IMG/VR virus record: IMGVR_UViG_3300050503_000206
DNA: 48,880 nt
Strand: one strand, 5' to 3'
Origin: an uncultured virus (IMG/VR IMGVR_UViG_3300050503_000206)
Lineage: Duplodnaviria; Heunggongvirae; Uroviricota; Caudoviricetes
Part shown: one piece after another, positions 35,168-45,296 of the stretch
Position numbering within the stretch: position 1 is the stretch's first letter
Layout: every line of letters starts with the position of its first letter
Program-made: the position numbers and the translations under genes
Notes under the pieces: generated by a model
Seen by the model: only the letters and a program-made list of their open reading frames with translations
What the model was told of the DNA's origin: nothing
Databases searched by the model: none

Positions 35168-35823
35168 GCCTCCACAACGGACGGATGTACCTGGTCGTCG
35201 TCGACGACACCCCGGACACGCACGCGCGCTCGGTGCCCGCCGACCATGCGCTGGACGCTGCGCGGCACGTCGCCGACGCGCTCGGCTTCGGCACGACTCT
35301 GCACGAGAGCGCGACCGCGCTCGGACGCTGGACGATCGCGACTGCGGACGAGCACCGCGTCACGGCGTGGCCCGCCCCATGGGACGGGACGATCGACGAC
35401 GAGGCGCGACGGATCGCGGCGAACATCGGTGAGTTCGAGGCGAACGTCCTGCGCTCGATCGTGACCAACAAACCGCAACGCTGGGGCGGCGCCATTGGCC
35501 AAGCGGTGGAGTTCCTGAACTCCTCCGGATGCATCACGGCGACGTTCGAAGCCGCCACCGACCGTGGACGCGCCGTCATTGCTGCGCTCGACGAGGCTGC
35601 TCGCGCGAAGGCGATCGCTTTCGACTTGCCTGATCTCGAACGCAACGTGCTACGAGCCGTCCGCAACGGTCCCATCATGGAAGCGGACATCGGTCTAGCT
35701 GAGCCGCAGGTAAGCGCGCTCGTCGGCAAGAAGCTGCTGCAGTGGCGCCCCGAGGGCTGCGTGTACACCGACCTCGGCGAACTGGTTGCACGCGTCTTCG
35801 AGAAGAAGGCGGTGACCCCATGA
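35164..35823 (+). CDS. hypothetical protein, possible tandem winged-helix
   Basis: Two E..VL..(I/V)....L...G....T..G repeats; GGAGG RBS, ATGA overlap. Confidence 0.6.
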   Translation: MSLHNGRMYLVVVDDTPDTHARSVPADHALDAARHVADALGFGTTLHESATALGRWTIATADEHRVTAWPAPWDGTIDDEARRIAANIGEFEANVLRSIVTNKPQRWGGAIGQAVEFLNSSGCITATFEAATDRGRAVIAALDEAARAKAIAFDLPDLERNVLRAVRNGPIMEADIGLAEPQVSALVGKKLLQWRPEGCVYTDLGELVARVFEKKAVTP

Positions 35824-36014
35824 ACCAGATCATCGGCAAGATCACGCTGCGCGACTCCACCGGACGCGCGCTCGGCACGGTCGAGAAGCTCGAAGAGCAG
35901 AAGTTCGAGTACAAGGTCCGACGCACCCGCGGATTCGCCGGTAGCTACAACGACGCCGTCGGCATGGTGCGGAAGCTGTCCAACCTCCTCGACAAGAGGT
36001 GCGACGCGGCGTAG
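35820..36014 (+). CDS. hypothetical protein
   Basis: ATGA overlap; MNQIIGKITLRD. Confidence 0.6.
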   Translation: MNQIIGKITLRDSTGRALGTVEKLEEQKFEYKVRRTRGFAGSYNDAVGMVRKLSNLLDKRCDAA

Positions 36015-36094
36015 ACGGACACTTCAACGGACCGCGACGCGGCACGACTCGCTCGTCGCCGCGTCGGTGCGTTTCGGAACTGAACGGAGACCAT

Positions 36095-36517
36095 GTGAAC
36101 GACCCCAAGAGCTACGACCCGGTGAGTGCACAGGACGACGACGCGGCCATGGCCGAGGCCGAAAATGCCGCCGAGGAAGCCCTCCTGCTGGAGTCGGACC
36201 GCACCGAGAAGACCATGACGATCCACCAGGATCCCAACAGGGACGATCTCGCTGTCGTCCCCCACGAGATCGGATGCGTCATGCGTGTGCGCGCGCGAGG
36301 CCTTGACGGCGAGCCCATGCTCGGACTCGTCTGGCTGCCGGGCGTCACCTTGGCCGACGTGCAGACCGATCCCGCCGAGGCCAGGCGGATCCTCGCCGGC
36401 CGTCCCGACGCGTGGCGTCAGACGAGCGACGTGCTGCGCAAGGCGCTCTTGCTGCTCGACACCGGCGACCACACCGAAGCGCGCAAAGAGATCGCGTCGT
36501 GGCTGGGGGTGAGCTGA
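36095..36517 (+). CDS. hypothetical protein
   Basis: GGAG RBS before GTG. Confidence 0.6.
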   Translation: MNDPKSYDPVSAQDDDAAMAEAENAAEEALLLESDRTEKTMTIHQDPNRDDLAVVPHEIGCVMRVRARGLDGEPMLGLVWLPGVTLADVQTDPAEARRILAGRPDAWRQTSDVLRKALLLLDTGDHTEARKEIASWLGVS

Positions 36518-37269
36518 TGCCGCCTCTCCACACCGTGCTCTCCGCGCTCGAGCACTCCGTCGAGAAGCGCCGCGAGTGCGACGCCCTGATCGCCCTCGAC
36601 CTCGGCGCGACCCGCCACCTCGTCTACCAGCTCGTCGAGCATTACCAGCGCGAGCTCGCGACGCCGTCGCTCTACCTGGGGCGGCTCGTGCAGCAGGCCG
36701 AGGATCGGCGCGACACCAACCGCGAAGCCATCGAGATGAGCATCGGCGCGCGCGAGGCTGTGCTACGGCGCCTGCTCGAGCTGCTCGAGCCGGCCATGCC
36801 CGCCCTGCTCGGACCGGTGCCCGCCGAGACCTGGAACGAGCCCGGACGCCACGGCGAGCGCGTCGACCATCCTCTATTGCGGGGCTTCGAGCTACTCGAC
36901 GGCATGCGCAAGGCGCCCGGCGGCGCCGGTCGGCAGATCGTCTCAGGACGGAGTTGGTGGATCGTCGCCCTCGTGCCCGACGACGAGAGCGTGCGCGTCA
37001 CCGCACGCATTGCCGCGCTCGACCACGTCGGCGAGCTCGATTCCCACCGCGAGGGCCAGGGCCAGACGTGGTGCGACGTCCACCTCGTCACCGTCGCCGA
37101 GGCGGCTACCCAGATCCGCGACGACGCGTTCGACAAGGTGCTCGCCGCATGCGTCCGGCGCCTGCGCAGCATTGCGTCCGACGGACAGAAGGAGATCGCG
37201 GCGCGGGCCGAGGCCGCCGCCGAGACGCTACATGTCGCGCTGCGCGCGATGAAGAAGGGGTCGGGTTGA
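36517..37269 (+). CDS. hypothetical protein
   Basis: TGATG overlap; GC3-biased codons. Confidence 0.65.
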   Translation: MPPLHTVLSALEHSVEKRRECDALIALDLGATRHLVYQLVEHYQRELATPSLYLGRLVQQAEDRRDTNREAIEMSIGAREAVLRRLLELLEPAMPALLGPVPAETWNEPGRHGERVDHPLLRGFELLDGMRKAPGGAGRQIVSGRSWWIVALVPDDESVRVTARIAALDHVGELDSHREGQGQTWCDVHLVTVAEAATQIRDDAFDKVLAACVRRLRSIASDGQKEIAARAEAAAETLHVALRAMKKGSG

Positions 37270-37272
37270 GCG

Positions 37273-37503
37273 ATGGACCACAAGGAATACCTGCGCATCT
37301 GTCTCGAAACGCATCAGAAGCCCGCGGCGACGGTTCGCGACGATCTCGTCGTGCGAGCGTACGTCGTCGAGAACATCGCCATTGGAACGGCGATGAAGGC
37401 TGTCGAGGATTTTCAGAAGAAGTTCGCCGACTGGCTCGCCGATCAGGGCTACCCGTGGACCGCCAACGCGCTGCGCGACGGCTCGTGGGAGAAGCGGACG
37501 TGA
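37273..37503 (+). CDS. hypothetical protein
   Basis: Operon context. Confidence 0.6.
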   Translation: MDHKEYLRICLETHQKPAATVRDDLVVRAYVVENIAIGTAMKAVEDFQKKFADWLADQGYPWTANALRDGSWEKRT

Positions 37504-38030
37504 GCTTCTGCGTCACCACCTTGCTGACCTTCTGCGTGCGCGATCGCGATCGCCTCCGAGAACTGGCGCGCGCGCACATCGATACCCTTGCTAGCGCGGA
37601 GGATTGCGCGGCACGTGAGGAGTTCCTGCGCATGCTTTCGGCCCTCGTCGCAGGCTCGTGCATCGGATGCGGCCAGAAGGGATACGACGTCTTCAGCTAC
37701 GGGTTCACTGGAAACTACACGTCAGAGCGGGACGTCATGGAGTTTCTCGCGGAGTTCTTCATCGCGTGTTTCAACGACAAAGCGATCCCGAGTTCGTGCC
37801 GCATCATCCTCATGCTGCAGACCGAGCAGAGCTCGCAGACGAGCATCTACGAGATCTCGTTGCCGTACATCCCGGACCACCGCAAGGTCACGTGGTCGAC
37901 CCGCGACCTCATCGTGAGAGGACGAACCATGAACTTCCCGATCTGGTCAGACTGGGCGGAAGAGGTCGAGTGGTTCCGATCCGATCCGATCAAACACGCA
38001 CCGGTCACGAAGCAATGGGAGGGCGAGTGA
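37500..38030 (+). CDS. hypothetical protein
   Basis: GTGA overlap; protein-like composition. Confidence 0.6.
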   Translation: MSFCVTTLLTFCVRDRDRLRELARAHIDTLASAEDCAAREEFLRMLSALVAGSCIGCGQKGYDVFSYGFTGNYTSERDVMEFLAEFFIACFNDKAIPSSCRIILMLQTEQSSQTSIYEISLPYIPDHRKVTWSTRDLIVRGRTMNFPIWSDWAEEVEWFRSDPIKHAPVTKQWEGE

Positions 38031-38209
38031 TCCGCCGAGACCCATGGGTCGAGCACGTGCGCGCGGCGGTGAAGTCCGGCCGCGGTCGCCGCGAGCACAA
38101 CCTCATCGGGTTCGTTCCTCCGCAACGACTGACCCGGCGCGGCAAGGCCCGGATCCGCATGCTGCGGCTCCTGCTCGCGCGTGCCGCTACGCTGGCATCC
38201 GATCGATGA
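38027..38209 (+). CDS. small basic hypothetical protein
   Basis: GTGA and ATGA overlaps exactly fill the gap. Confidence 0.5.
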   Translation: MIRRDPWVEHVRAAVKSGRGRREHNLIGFVPPQRLTRRGKARIRMLRLLLARAATLASDR

Positions 38210-39747
38210 GGCACCCGCCGCGGCCGTATCAGACGTTCGCCGACGCGAAGCTCCGCGAGAACTTCCGCAGTGGCTTGCGTGCGCAGCTGCTCGTGCAGCC
38301 CACCGGCACCGGAAAAACTTTTGGTGCTGCGATGGTCATCGAGGGTGCACTAGCCAAGGGCAACGACGTCCTCTTCCTCGCGCACCGCAAAGAGCTGATC
38401 CAGCAGTGCTCCAAGACGCTCGACGAGATCGGCGTCGACCACGGGATTATCAAGGGCAAGAAGCACTGGCGCACGCGCCCCGGCGCGCGAGTGCAGGTCG
38501 CGTCCGTGCAGACGCTCGTGCGCCGCCAGCCACCCCAGGCGCGGATCGTGATCCTCGACGAGGCCCACCGCTGCCTCAACGACACCAACCAGACCATCTT
38601 GTCGTGGTTCCCGAACTCGCTCGTCCTCGGCCTGACCGCAACCCCGTGGCGGCTCGACGGGCGCGGGCTTGGGTCGATGTTTCAGACGATCGTCGCGCCG
38701 ATCACGTACCGCGAGGCCATCGACCAGGGATACCTCTTGCCGCCGCGGATCTACGAGCCCGACCGCCCCAACCTGAAGGGGATCAAGCGCACTGGCGGCG
38801 ACTACAACCGCAAGGATCTCGCGAAGCGGCTGGGAGAAGATCCCGCTCGCGTCGGCAACCTCGTCGAGAACTGGCTCGAGTTCGGCGAGGGCGCGCGCAC
38901 GCTGTGCTTCGCGACCAGTGTCGAGGACAGCGAGGACATCGTGCGCCGCTTCAAGGATGCAGGCGTGCGGGCAGAGCACCTCGATGGCGACACCAACGAG
39001 ACGCTGCGTGACGAGGTCCTCGGCCGGCTCGAGTCCGGCGAGACCCAGCTCGTCTCCAACGTCGACGTACTCGTCGAAGGCTACGACCTTCCGAGCCTCG
39101 GCTGCATCATCCTCGCCGCACCGACCTGCTCGCTCACGCGCTACCTGCAGATGGTCGGTCGGGGCTCGCGGATCTTCGAGAATCAGAAGTACTTCATCAT
39201 CCTCGACCACGCCGGCTGCGTCGCCAAGCTCGGCGATCCGACCGCCGACCGCGACTGGTCGCTCGAGGATCGCAAGCAGAAGCGGGAGACCGAGGGCGAG
39301 ATGCTGACATGCCCCGAGTGCATGCTCATGCGCCCGGCCAACGTCTTCCACTGTCCGAAGTGCACCGCCGACAAGGCGGCGACGCCGTGGCAGGCGTCGA
39401 TGTTCGGAGGGTTGCCCATCGAGGTGGAAGGCCGCCTCGTCGAGCGGCCCATGTCACGCGACCCGAACGCGATCCGATGCAGCGCGTGTCGCTCGGACTC
39501 CGTATCTCTCGAACGGTTCCCCGGAAACGATCTCACCATCCAGGTGAAATGCAGCGCGTGCAGCAAGACCACCTATCAACCTGACCGCGTCGCAGCGAAG
39601 CTCGCGTCGGCGCAGCGCCGCGCCGACGAGCTCAAGCGGCTCGAGGCCGTGCGCGAGGCCAAGGGCTTCAAGCCGAGTTGGGTGACGCACGCGTACCGCG
39701 AGACGTTCGGCGAACCACCACCACCCCAACCGAAGGAGAACCCATGA
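38206..39747 (+). CDS. SF2 DEAH-box helicase (RadD/UvsW-like) with C-terminal zinc fingers
   Basis: RPYQ, PTGTGKT, DEAH, GLTATP, EGYD, QMVGRGSR, CPEC/CPKC. Confidence 0.9.
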   Translation: MRHPPRPYQTFADAKLRENFRSGLRAQLLVQPTGTGKTFGAAMVIEGALAKGNDVLFLAHRKELIQQCSKTLDEIGVDHGIIKGKKHWRTRPGARVQVASVQTLVRRQPPQARIVILDEAHRCLNDTNQTILSWFPNSLVLGLTATPWRLDGRGLGSMFQTIVAPITYREAIDQGYLLPPRIYEPDRPNLKGIKRTGGDYNRKDLAKRLGEDPARVGNLVENWLEFGEGARTLCFATSVEDSEDIVRRFKDAGVRAEHLDGDTNETLRDEVLGRLESGETQLVSNVDVLVEGYDLPSLGCIILAAPTCSLTRYLQMVGRGSRIFENQKYFIILDHAGCVAKLGDPTADRDWSLEDRKQKRETEGEMLTCPECMLMRPANVFHCPKCTADKAATPWQASMFGGLPIEVEGRLVERPMSRDPNAIRCSACRSDSVSLERFPGNDLTIQVKCSACSKTTYQPDRVAAKLASAQRRADELKRLEAVREAKGFKPSWVTHAYRETFGEPPPPQPKENP

Positions 39748-40655
39748 AGTTCACGGAAGCCAAGATGACGGACGCCAAGCGACTGGCCCGAGGAGAGCAC
39801 TGGCGGATGGTGCAGGCACACTTCCGTCGAGAGCATCGCAAGCACCATCCGGAGATCCGCGTCATCACGCTTGCAGGCGGCAGTCCACACGAGGAGATCG
39901 CGTGCATACGGTCGCTGCTGCCACGTGCCGAGATCGTCGCAGTGGATCTCGATCCTCGATGCTGCGAAGCGGCGAAGGACGCTGGGGCGGACGTCGTACT
40001 CTGTACGGATGTATTCAAGTGGGACAACTCCAAAGTGCCCACGTCCATCCAAGCTCTCGGATCGATCGACGTCGTCAATCTCGATCTGTGCGGAGGAATC
40101 ACCCGAGACGTCGAACGAGCCGTGACCTACTACGGACGAATGGTGCGCACTGCGGGCGTGCTCATGGTCTCGTTCTCGTACGGACGAGACATCTCCGAAC
40201 TCTTCAGCCGCGATCCTTGGCTCGGGATTCCCGCTCCCTTGGCGGGTCGCGTGAAGTACCTACACGATCGGATTCCGACCAAGGAGGTGCCTTTCAGTCC
40301 CGGTACACACAGCACACCTGCGAGACATGCCACACGAATCGCGAGACTCGGGCTATCGTCAGTGATCGCGTACAAGGGCGCGCAGATGCCGATGTGCGCC
40401 TGTCTCTGGGAGGGCCACTGCGATCACCAAGTGCCCTCGTTCGTGAACGTGACCGACGACGATCTCATGGCTGCCGTGCTGACGCAGCTCGAGCCCCTCG
40501 ACGTCTCGCGCCTCTACGCGGTGCCCGAGGAACGGATCCAGCACTTCCGGCGGAAGTCGGCCGCCGCCAAGGCGGTGACCACACGGCAGGCCCGCTTGCA
40601 CGCGAAGCGCGAGTTGGCCGACGTTTCTGCCAATCCCGAAGAGCCGGCGCCATGA
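39744..40655 (+). CDS. class I SAM-dependent methyltransferase-like protein
   Basis: ITLAGG..EIVAVDLD..IDVVNLDLCG..GVLMVSF Rossmann-like pattern; AAGGAG RBS. Confidence 0.45.
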   Translation: MKFTEAKMTDAKRLARGEHWRMVQAHFRREHRKHHPEIRVITLAGGSPHEEIACIRSLLPRAEIVAVDLDPRCCEAAKDAGADVVLCTDVFKWDNSKVPTSIQALGSIDVVNLDLCGGITRDVERAVTYYGRMVRTAGVLMVSFSYGRDISELFSRDPWLGIPAPLAGRVKYLHDRIPTKEVPFSPGTHSTPARHATRIARLGLSSVIAYKGAQMPMCACLWEGHCDHQVPSFVNVTDDDLMAAVLTQLEPLDVSRLYAVPEERIQHFRRKSAAAKAVTTRQARLHAKRELADVSANPEEPAP

Positions 40656-41080
40656 CGCGGCGGCAGCTCGAGGCGCGCAAGTACTACGCGATGCGCCCGC
40701 GTCTTCCGATCCGTGAGATCTGCGAGCGCATGGGCGGGATCTCGAAGCAGTGGTTCTATCGGTTGCTCAAGTGCTCCACGCGCGATCGGCACGACTCCGT
40801 GCAGCGCAAGCTCGAGCGCCACTTCTTGAAGATCCGCAAGCAACGCGCGCGTCTGTCGATCCAACGACTCGCGTCGTACTACAGCGTCTCCGAAGGCGCC
40901 ATGACCCGCTTCCTCGAGAAACACGGCATCACCAACGACTACGACCTGCGCCGTCGCGATGAGCAGACCCGCCGCGAGGTCGTCGCTGCCCGCAAGGCCG
41001 GCATGACGCACTCGGAGATCCGCGAGCGCTGGGGCGTTCACCCACCCACCACGAACCGATGGGTCGCAAAGGACTCGTGA
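40652..41080 (+). CDS. multi-HTH DNA-binding protein
   Basis: IREICERMGGISKQWFYRLL, SIQRLASYYSVSEGAM, THSEIRERWGVHPPTTNRW. Confidence 0.7.
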   Translation: MTRRQLEARKYYAMRPRLPIREICERMGGISKQWFYRLLKCSTRDRHDSVQRKLERHFLKIRKQRARLSIQRLASYYSVSEGAMTRFLEKHGITNDYDLRRRDEQTRREVVAARKAGMTHSEIRERWGVHPPTTNRWVAKDS

Positions 41081-41520
41081 CGCCGAAGAAACGTCGCGAC
41101 GACGAGCCGGAGCGCCTGCGCTACGTCGTCGACAAGAACGGAACGCGCCTCTGCTTTCGGTGGCTGCCACCGCCATCTCGCAAGTGGGTGAGGATCAGTC
41201 TTCCGCTCGCGGAGCGACTGCTCGAAGACGGGCGAGCCGTCGACGAGACCAACCCACGAGACCTCGAACGAAGGAAAGGACTCGACATGACGCTGACACC
41301 CGCGATGATGCGCGCGATCGAATACGTGGCGCAGTGCGAGCGTCGCCCCACCGGACGACCACGCGCGCCGAGCCAGGCGATGTTCGAGCAGCTCGTCGAC
41401 AACCGCATGGCGATCCGCGCACCTGGCCAGGTGCCGGGTTTCGCGCTCACGGACTTCGGCAGCGTGGTCCTCGAGGCATACAAGCTGGGCCGGCGCCGCT
41501 GGGGTGCATCCGGCCGCTGA
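41077..41520 (+). CDS. hypothetical protein
   Basis: GTGA overlap; C-terminal LT..G winged-helix-like pattern. Confidence 0.55.
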   Translation: MTPKKRRDDEPERLRYVVDKNGTRLCFRWLPPPSRKWVRISLPLAERLLEDGRAVDETNPRDLERRKGLDMTLTPAMMRAIEYVAQCERRPTGRPRAPSQAMFEQLVDNRMAIRAPGQVPGFALTDFGSVVLEAYKLGRRRWGASGR

Positions 41521-41538
41521 CGCTGCTAGGGTCGCCCG

Positions 41539-41688
41539 GTGAAGCGGATCCGGGCCAACCCCGACAAGCCCAACCCCTCCAAGACGGCGTGGGCGATCAT
41601 CGGCGTGCTTGTCGGCGTGGGGATCGGGGCGAAGATCGGCGTGGTCTATATGCTGAACAAGATCCGCAAGAACGCACGCCGCAGGTGA
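41539..41688 (+). CDS. 49-aa NP-motif membrane protein
   Basis: Manual translation MKRIRANPDKPNPSKTAWAIIGVLVGVGIGAKIGVVYMLNKIRKNARRR; below ORF-track cutoff. Confidence 0.65.
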   Translation: MKRIRANPDKPNPSKTAWAIIGVLVGVGIGAKIGVVYMLNKIRKNARRR

Positions 41689-41692
41689 CCGC

Positions 41693-42133
41693 ATGGCGGA
41701 CAGCGCTCCGCACGTCGATGAGACGATTGCGTTGGCCCGCCTCGACCTCGTCGAGGATGCGCCGTCGACCTGCCACGCCTTCGGATCCACGCATGCACTG
41801 CACGTCGTTCGCCTGCGCCTGCGCGCGCGCACGGTCTCGTTCCGTGTCCCGCCCACGGGAGTGGAGCGGATCATCGGCTTCCGTGCCTTCGTCGAGCCCG
41901 CCGATTCCGTCGTCGTGGTCACGTCCGTCATCGCGGACATGCGCGAGCGGATCCGGTATCCGTTCGACATCATGCGGTGGACCACGTCCCACGGCTACGT
42001 GAGCCACGCACTCGGGTTGGTGTCGTGGCTCTTTCCCCTCGAGGTCTCGCTCGAACGGCGCAGCGATGGCGATCCCGTCGTCGACATCATCGTGGTGACC
42101 GAGGTGACTCCCGACGCGGGCACGTTGCCGTGA
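41693..42133 (+). CDS. hypothetical protein
   Basis: Operon context, protein-like composition. Confidence 0.6.
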   Translation: MADSAPHVDETIALARLDLVEDAPSTCHAFGSTHALHVVRLRLRARTVSFRVPPTGVERIIGFRAFVEPADSVVVVTSVIADMRERIRYPFDIMRWTTSHGYVSHALGLVSWLFPLEVSLERRSDGDPVVDIIVVTEVTPDAGTLP

Positions 42134-42232
42134 GCTTCGAACACCTGTGGCGCTGGATCGCACTGGAACGCCTCCTGATTGGGCTCTCGCTCGGCTTGTG
42201 ACCGGACGGCGATCCGCTGGTAGGGTCCGGCC

Positions 42233-42940
42233 GTGCCGCTCGACCGCAGGCGGAAAATCACGCTCGCCGCTGGCGCCACGGGCTTGGTCGCCGTCGGCGC
42301 GACCGCGGGCTATCTGCTGCTGCGCGAGGATCCGAAGGGCGAGTTGCTCTGCCCCTCGGCGCCGCGCTTCAAGGCGAGCGACTTCGCCGAGGGCGACTTC
42401 GTCGTGGTCCAGCTCGGCGCCATCGACCGCAGCTTCTCCGAAGCGACGTGGGCGCGCGTGCAGGGTCGCACCTGGTTCGGGCTCGGCGGCGACGTCAAGA
42501 TCGAGCTCAACAGTCAGATCGGAGAGGCCAGCGATCCGGCCCCGCTGCAAACCGAGAAGCACGGCTTCGCCTTCGGCCAGGAGCTGACCGTCGATCCCAG
42601 TTGCGTCTGGGATCGGTACCGGCCGTTGGTCGGCCGCGTCAACCTCGTCTGCGGCTCGCGGCTCGCGACGATCCCCGCCGACCTCGGGCTGCCGATGGTG
42701 CCCGACAAACGCGCTGAGGCTCTGCGTCCCGGTGACGACGCGGCCGTGGTGGTCGCGGTCCGCGGTCAGCCCGTCGAGCTGCTGTGGCTCAACGTCATCG
42801 AGGTGACCGGTGGCGGACAGGTCCTCATCGGTGAGGTCCTGTACGAGACCGAGAGTCCCGAACTGCATGGGTTGCGCCGCGGATCTCGCGTCGAGTTCGT
42901 TCGCGACTGCGTCGTCGAGACCAACCTGGGAGGCACATGA
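42233..42940 (+). CDS. membrane-anchored protein with two DUF2314(YegJ)-like repeats
   Basis: RRRK then TM; two GD..VV....E..W..V....G.(L)....HG...G....V modules. Confidence 0.5.
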   Translation: MPLDRRRKITLAAGATGLVAVGATAGYLLLREDPKGELLCPSAPRFKASDFAEGDFVVVQLGAIDRSFSEATWARVQGRTWFGLGGDVKIELNSQIGEASDPAPLQTEKHGFAFGQELTVDPSCVWDRYRPLVGRVNLVCGSRLATIPADLGLPMVPDKRAEALRPGDDAAVVVAVRGQPVELLWLNVIEVTGGGQVLIGEVLYETESPELHGLRRGSRVEFVRDCVVETNLGGT

Positions 42941-43683
42941 TGGCGAAGCGAAGACGACGGCGCCGGCGCGGGCGGGCGAATCCCATGGCGAACAGTGCGA
43001 AGGCCACGATCGCACTCGGCGTGCTCACGCTCTTCGGCTCGGGGATCTACGCGCTGTACGACCGGCAGCACAAGAAGATGCGCGGATGCGGAGCGCGCTA
43101 CCAGCATCTGGCGGTCACCGTCGGCGGCCAGGACTTCGAGTCCGGCTACGGCTGGTGGGGCACGAGCCAGGACTACTCGGAGTGGAAGGATCTCGCCGAG
43201 CAGCTGTCCGAGCTCGCGATCTCCCACTTCGTCGAGCTCGGCCGCGTCGAGTGCGAGCGCAGCGGTGGTGGCGACTGCGACGACATCGAAAAAGCCTGGA
43301 GTCCGAGTTGGGATCGCTACAACGCGCTGCTCGACCAGAAGAACGCGCTGGTGAAGAAGACCGACGACATGGGATCGGTGTGGTTCACGCTGGACATCCC
43401 GAGCGCGGTCAGTCGCGCCAAGGCGGTGATCACCGACGCGCTCTGCCTGCTCGAGCGCAGCGACGATGCGATCAAGACGCTCGGCGGAACGCCGCCGATC
43501 ATCGCCGAGCGCGGATCGAAGAAGAAGTCGCTGCCCCTGTACGCGTGGACCGCCCTGGGCGGCGCCGGGCTCGTGGCCGCTGGCGTCGTGGTGGGCCAGG
43601 TCGTGCAGGCGCCGGCGAGCTCGACCACGGTCGTCGTCGACCGCGGGCCGACGCGCAAGGCCGCACAGGACTGGGTGCGCTAG
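42937..43683 (+). CDS. Arg-rich NP-motif membrane protein
   Basis: MMAKRRRRRRRGRANPMANS then TM; helical Cys-containing domain; second TM near C-terminus. Confidence 0.8.
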   Translation: MMAKRRRRRRRGRANPMANSAKATIALGVLTLFGSGIYALYDRQHKKMRGCGARYQHLAVTVGGQDFESGYGWWGTSQDYSEWKDLAEQLSELAISHFVELGRVECERSGGGDCDDIEKAWSPSWDRYNALLDQKNALVKKTDDMGSVWFTLDIPSAVSRAKAVITDALCLLERSDDAIKTLGGTPPIIAERGSKKKSLPLYAWTALGGAGLVAAGVVVGQVVQAPASSTTVVVDRGPTRKAAQDWVR

Positions 43684-45293
43684 TGCCCAAGCTGCCCTCC
43701 AGCGATCCCGTGCTCGCGCAGCTGCCCGCGCAGCTGCCCTCGGATTTCGCGTACCCGGACGTCAACGAGCTCGTCCAGGACGCGTCGGGAGATCCGGCGA
43801 GCATCACACGGATCCAGGGGTGGGTGGCCGAGCGGGCCGCGGGGATCTACCAAGCCGGCGGCGAGCTCGGGCTCGCCAGCATCGTCACCAAGATCGGCGT
43901 CGCCGCCGAGCAGACCGTCGAGAGCGTCGCCAACGCCATCGACGAGTCGGATACGGACTGGGCGAGCGGTGTGGTCGATTCGGTGACCGACACGCTCGGC
44001 GCCGCGGGAGCCTTCGTGAGCGCGCTGGCATCGGTGTCCGACGCCGATGGCGAGAGACTCGTGAAGGAAGCGATGCAGATCGGCATCGGCGTGTCGATCC
44101 AACTCATGTCGCAGATCCCGGTCGTCGGGTGGATCGCGAAGATCGCTTGGACGCTGGGCAACGGGATCTATCAGCTCGTGCAGGTGGTGAAGAAGTCGAA
44201 CGAAGAAGACGAACCGCCCGCGTATCCGGCGGTCAACTTCAGCCCCGAGAACGACCTGATCCGGTTCAACAACGAGGTCCTCGGCAGGCTCCGCACGCAG
44301 CACGACTGGACCAAGATGTTTCGCCCGCCCGGCGGCGGCGTGCCGGCGCAAGCGGCATGGCTCGGCGAGTTCGAGACCGCGAACCTCGGGCAGGGCAACA
44401 AGGTCTACGGACGGACGATCAAGCCCACCAATCCCTGCGCTCTCTGCCTCGGCTTCGTGCCTGGCACGGGCTTCCTGCACAACAACATCGAGGTCGTCTC
44501 GCTCAACGTGAAGGACACCGGCAACACCTACTTGCCGAGCTCGCGACAGCACGGCCTGTGGATCTGGGAGCACATCGCCCGCCACAACTCGCCCGCGCTC
44601 TACACGGTCGACGCCAAGGCGCTCGAGGTCGGGTGGCGCAACTACCTGAAGGCGCTGCGGCTGTACGTCGAGGCCGACGACGAGCTCAGCCCCAGCCAGA
44701 AGAACAAGATCGTCAACGTCTACAACAAGGATCTCGAGGGCAACAAGATCTTCGGGTGGGGCAAGCCGCGCACGACTGAAGCAGGCGCGTGGATCCCCGA
44801 CGAGGAGGCGAACGCGTACCAGCCGGTGGCGGCCGCACGCACGGTGCGTGAGCGGCAGCTCGCGTTCCTCGACACGATGACGTGCGCGTACGTCGACGAC
44901 TCCTTCGGCGCGCTGTCCGATCCGGACGTGAAGGCGAAGTGGAAGCAGCGTCGCAAGGATCTGCTGCAGCATCCCGCGATCTGCAACGTGGATCTGTCGA
45001 TGATTCCGGACGCGATCTACCGCGGCCAGGTCGAGTACGCGCAGGACAACCGGCCCTCGTGCAAGTTCGGCGGGCCGCTCAACCTCGCCGGCGGCGGAGC
45101 CCCCAAGCCGCCCGATGTGCAAGGTGGCGGAGGTGGTGTCGCCGAGCCCGACGGTCACGGTCCCTCGGTTCCCACGACCCGCATCATGCGCAACGTCGCG
45201 ATCGCCTCGGGCGCGATCGCAGCCGCTGGCGCGGCCGCCTACTACTTCGACGACGAGATCCGGCGCACGACCACGCGCTTCCGCAGGAGATGA
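43683..45293 (+). CDS. large putative virion protein with C-terminal membrane anchor
   Basis: GTG start overlapping TAG; IPVVGWIAKIAW hydrophobic region; C-terminal VAIASGAIAAAGAAAYYF. Confidence 0.75.
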   Translation: MPKLPSSDPVLAQLPAQLPSDFAYPDVNELVQDASGDPASITRIQGWVAERAAGIYQAGGELGLASIVTKIGVAAEQTVESVANAIDESDTDWASGVVDSVTDTLGAAGAFVSALASVSDADGERLVKEAMQIGIGVSIQLMSQIPVVGWIAKIAWTLGNGIYQLVQVVKKSNEEDEPPAYPAVNFSPENDLIRFNNEVLGRLRTQHDWTKMFRPPGGGVPAQAAWLGEFETANLGQGNKVYGRTIKPTNPCALCLGFVPGTGFLHNNIEVVSLNVKDTGNTYLPSSRQHGLWIWEHIARHNSPALYTVDAKALEVGWRNYLKALRLYVEADDELSPSQKNKIVNVYNKDLEGNKIFGWGKPRTTEAGAWIPDEEANAYQPVAAARTVRERQLAFLDTMTCAYVDDSFGALSDPDVKAKWKQRRKDLLQHPAICNVDLSMIPDAIYRGQVEYAQDNRPSCKFGGPLNLAGGGAPKPPDVQGGGGGVAEPDGHGPSVPTTRIMRNVAIASGAIAAAGAAAYYFDDEIRRTTTRFRRR

Positions 45294-45296
45294 GCC

